DNA from: Octopus bimaculoides
Lineage: Eukaryota
Direction of reading: 5' to 3'
Length of the DNA stretch: 36,758 nucleotides
Assembly: GCF_001194135.2 (NCBI RefSeq)
Contig: NC_068988.1
Coordinates: forward strand, 48,466,605-48,503,362
Part shown: positions 34,526 through 36,758 of the stretch, piece after piece
Position numbering within the stretch: position 1 is the stretch's first letter
Layout of the letters: every line of letters starts with the position of its first letter
Notes under the pieces: generated by a model
Told to the model about the DNA's origin: nothing
The model's input: the letters and a program-made list of their open reading frames with translations, nothing else
Databases searched by the model: none
Translations under genes and position numbers: made by a program

Positions 34526-36069
34526 CGATAAAATATATAGTCAAACGTTTAATACAAGATCACTTCGTTTAATCGACTCATAAGTTATGGGTGCTTAATT
34601 GTTTACGAATCATGAGCGATAAAAATCAAAGTGAATCTCAGATGGCTGAAAAGGAATAAAAACTTAAAGGAAAGTAACAAAATACAATATAGCATTTTTT
34701 ATTATGATTGTGTGAGACGTGCCTGTTAAATATGTAGTAACAAATGTGAAAATGTAAAGACTCGTTGACTTTACATATTCACAACTGTGAATATGTAAAT
34801 AGTCGCGATAATATAGGTTTAGTGTTGTGCTTGGTCGTATTGTTTATTCCCAGAGAAATTTTGTTTCACCTAAATTATGAAAATTTTTAGTTGTAACCAA
34901 GCCATTTTTTTCAAAGACACTCAGAATTAAACAAATTTTGAAGGCAGTATAATGTGTTATGAAGACCATTCGAATAATATTCCCAGCATTTTGAGCTATT
35001 AACAGATGAAGAATACATCAGCCTAAGTTTCAGCAGATTCTCAAAACCCTGATACATGTGATACCTATTCGCAGAAAGCAGAACGAAATCAGCAATCAGA
35101 TTTCAATCTGTAATATAACATAAGTTTGCATGCCACGAAAGTGGGCAGTCATGATGTCAGAAGCCACATCTCTTCTTAGATTCTTTTCTTTTTTATTTAT
35201 TGTACTTTTTCGATATGCACCAGTGCCTGGTATCTACTTTAATATAGTTCTGTATCGAATGTAATCGTGTTCAAAATGTGATTTCATTAACAGTGTTGCA
35301 ACTATAAACATAATATATATTATTTCTATTTTCTGCATTCAGGAAGATATTTTCAGCTGTACCTTTGATTTATTATGAAATCGTATGGCGATATATATTA
35401 GAAAACCCGTTGTTGTTTCTGGAAGATGAAGTAACACGTAAGAGATATATAGAGTGCTTTGCCTTGGTGCTGTTATCGTTAATGTTGTTGATGTTGCTGA
35501 ATAGATCTAAATCATACATGAAGAAGTAAACCTATGAGTAAAGTTTGCAGATGAGACCATGGAATATTTTAAAAGAAGATCGCTGAAGTTTGATTGATTC
35601 ACATATTTTGGGTTTACAGAGATTGCATTGGAGCTTCCATCACATTGACTGTACTTTAGAATCAAAGAGCCAGCCTTATCTACGCAAAATGTCACGTTGA
35701 TTCTGCCAGATAATTACATTAAGTGTACGTGGAATACTCAAGTACTTGCTCTATTATACATGATAATAAGAGATTTAACAATTCAATAAACTCTGTAGAC
35801 GACCAACACGAGATCCTCTATGCCGTACACATAAAATTTGACATGTATGAATATATACAAAGATCAAATGCTGTGCGCAAGTAAACTTATCTACTTAGAA
35901 ACATATTTAAATGCTCTTATATAGATGTATCTACGTACAAGGAAATATATTGGATTGAGATATATCAAAATAGTAGAACTTGTGCATGTTTCGTATAAAA
36001 GAGTTTGACTGTATTATTATAAACATATCCACTCCTACTTGTATATAAAACCCCTTTTTCCTCCCACTT

Positions 36070-36070
36070 G

Positions 36071-36117
<47 letters not shown>

Positions 36118-36214
36118 TTTCTTTTTCTGACACACCTTCTTTCCTTCTCAAGCTTTGTCCCCTTGTATGTATATATGAGTGTGTATATACATATATATAT
36201 ATATATATATTTCT

Positions 36215-36256
<42 letters not shown>

Positions 36257-36315
36257 TACATACGTGAAACTAGAGAAAGAGTGAGAGATAGAGAGCTAGA
36301 TTGAGAGAGAGAGTG
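36070..36315. repeat. (CT)n, (TA)n and (GA)n microsatellites
   Basis: Seen directly. Confidence 0.93.
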
Positions 36316-36593
36316 GGGTGAACAATATATGTATAGAGATGTCCAAGGTATGTAGGGATTCGATAAATGAAAACTGTGTGGAAGTGAATGTGGAAATTAG
36401 TTAAATGGACTGAACCTATAATCTGAAGACCTACTCTTGTCCAACATTGTCACTGTGATATTAACTACTGATTTTGTGAAGAGTTGAAGTTTCTCTGGTA
36501 TACGTAGTCACGTACATACAACAATTCAATGAGGAAGTAGTTCCGTTAATCGGAGAAGTGTTACATACATTCATAGATCGCAACGTAAGTGTC

Positions 36594-36660
36594 TACACAC
36601 ACACACATACACACATACATACACACACACACACTCACACACACACACACACACACATGC
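36594..36660. repeat. (CA)n microsatellite
   Basis: Seen directly. Confidence 0.96.
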
Positions 36661-36758
36661 ACGTATATATTTATGAACATTTACGTACACGTTTTTCTAC
36701 TTAATTTCTATCCCCTTGAATATACCATATCATAAGCAAGCGCTGTAACTATATATAT

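Noticed and set aside
1-36758. CRISPR arrays, rRNA genes, prokaryotic operons or defence systems
   Set aside because: No regularly spaced repeat-spacer structure, no rRNA-like sequence and no gene-dense region; the window is eukaryotic repeat-rich DNA.

Overview
This is an AT-rich eukaryotic window dominated by repeats. I could not recognise any host protein-coding gene. The SINE families and microsatellite density resemble those I know from octopus (coleoid cephalopod) genomes; that assignment is an inference from recalled repeat sequences, not a search result. Eight N-gaps, all bordered by simple repeats, and one exact duplication across a gap point to a short-read scaffold, so every ORF containing X or made of YI/CV/HT/poly-L runs is an artefact. 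Supported content: (i) an internally deleted DD41D (rosa/Visitor-type) Tc1/mariner element with ~60-bp TIRs at 30.07-30.99 kb; (ii) a 372-bp MITE-like element with ~83-bp TIRs at 28.49-28.86 kb; (iii) the 3' end (RLE endonuclease) of an R4/Dong-type non-LTR retrotransposon abutting a (TAA)n tract at 26.2-26.6 kb; (iv) a decayed Gypsy integrase at ~3 kb and a possible decayed mariner at ~4.6 kb; (v) about 15 SINE copies or fragments from at least three families, including a head-to-tail dimer and inverted pairs; (vi) many microsatellites. A few splice-site-bounded candidate exons are reported at low confidence only. I found no convincing novel protein-coding system; the most interesting points concern transposable-element architecture.
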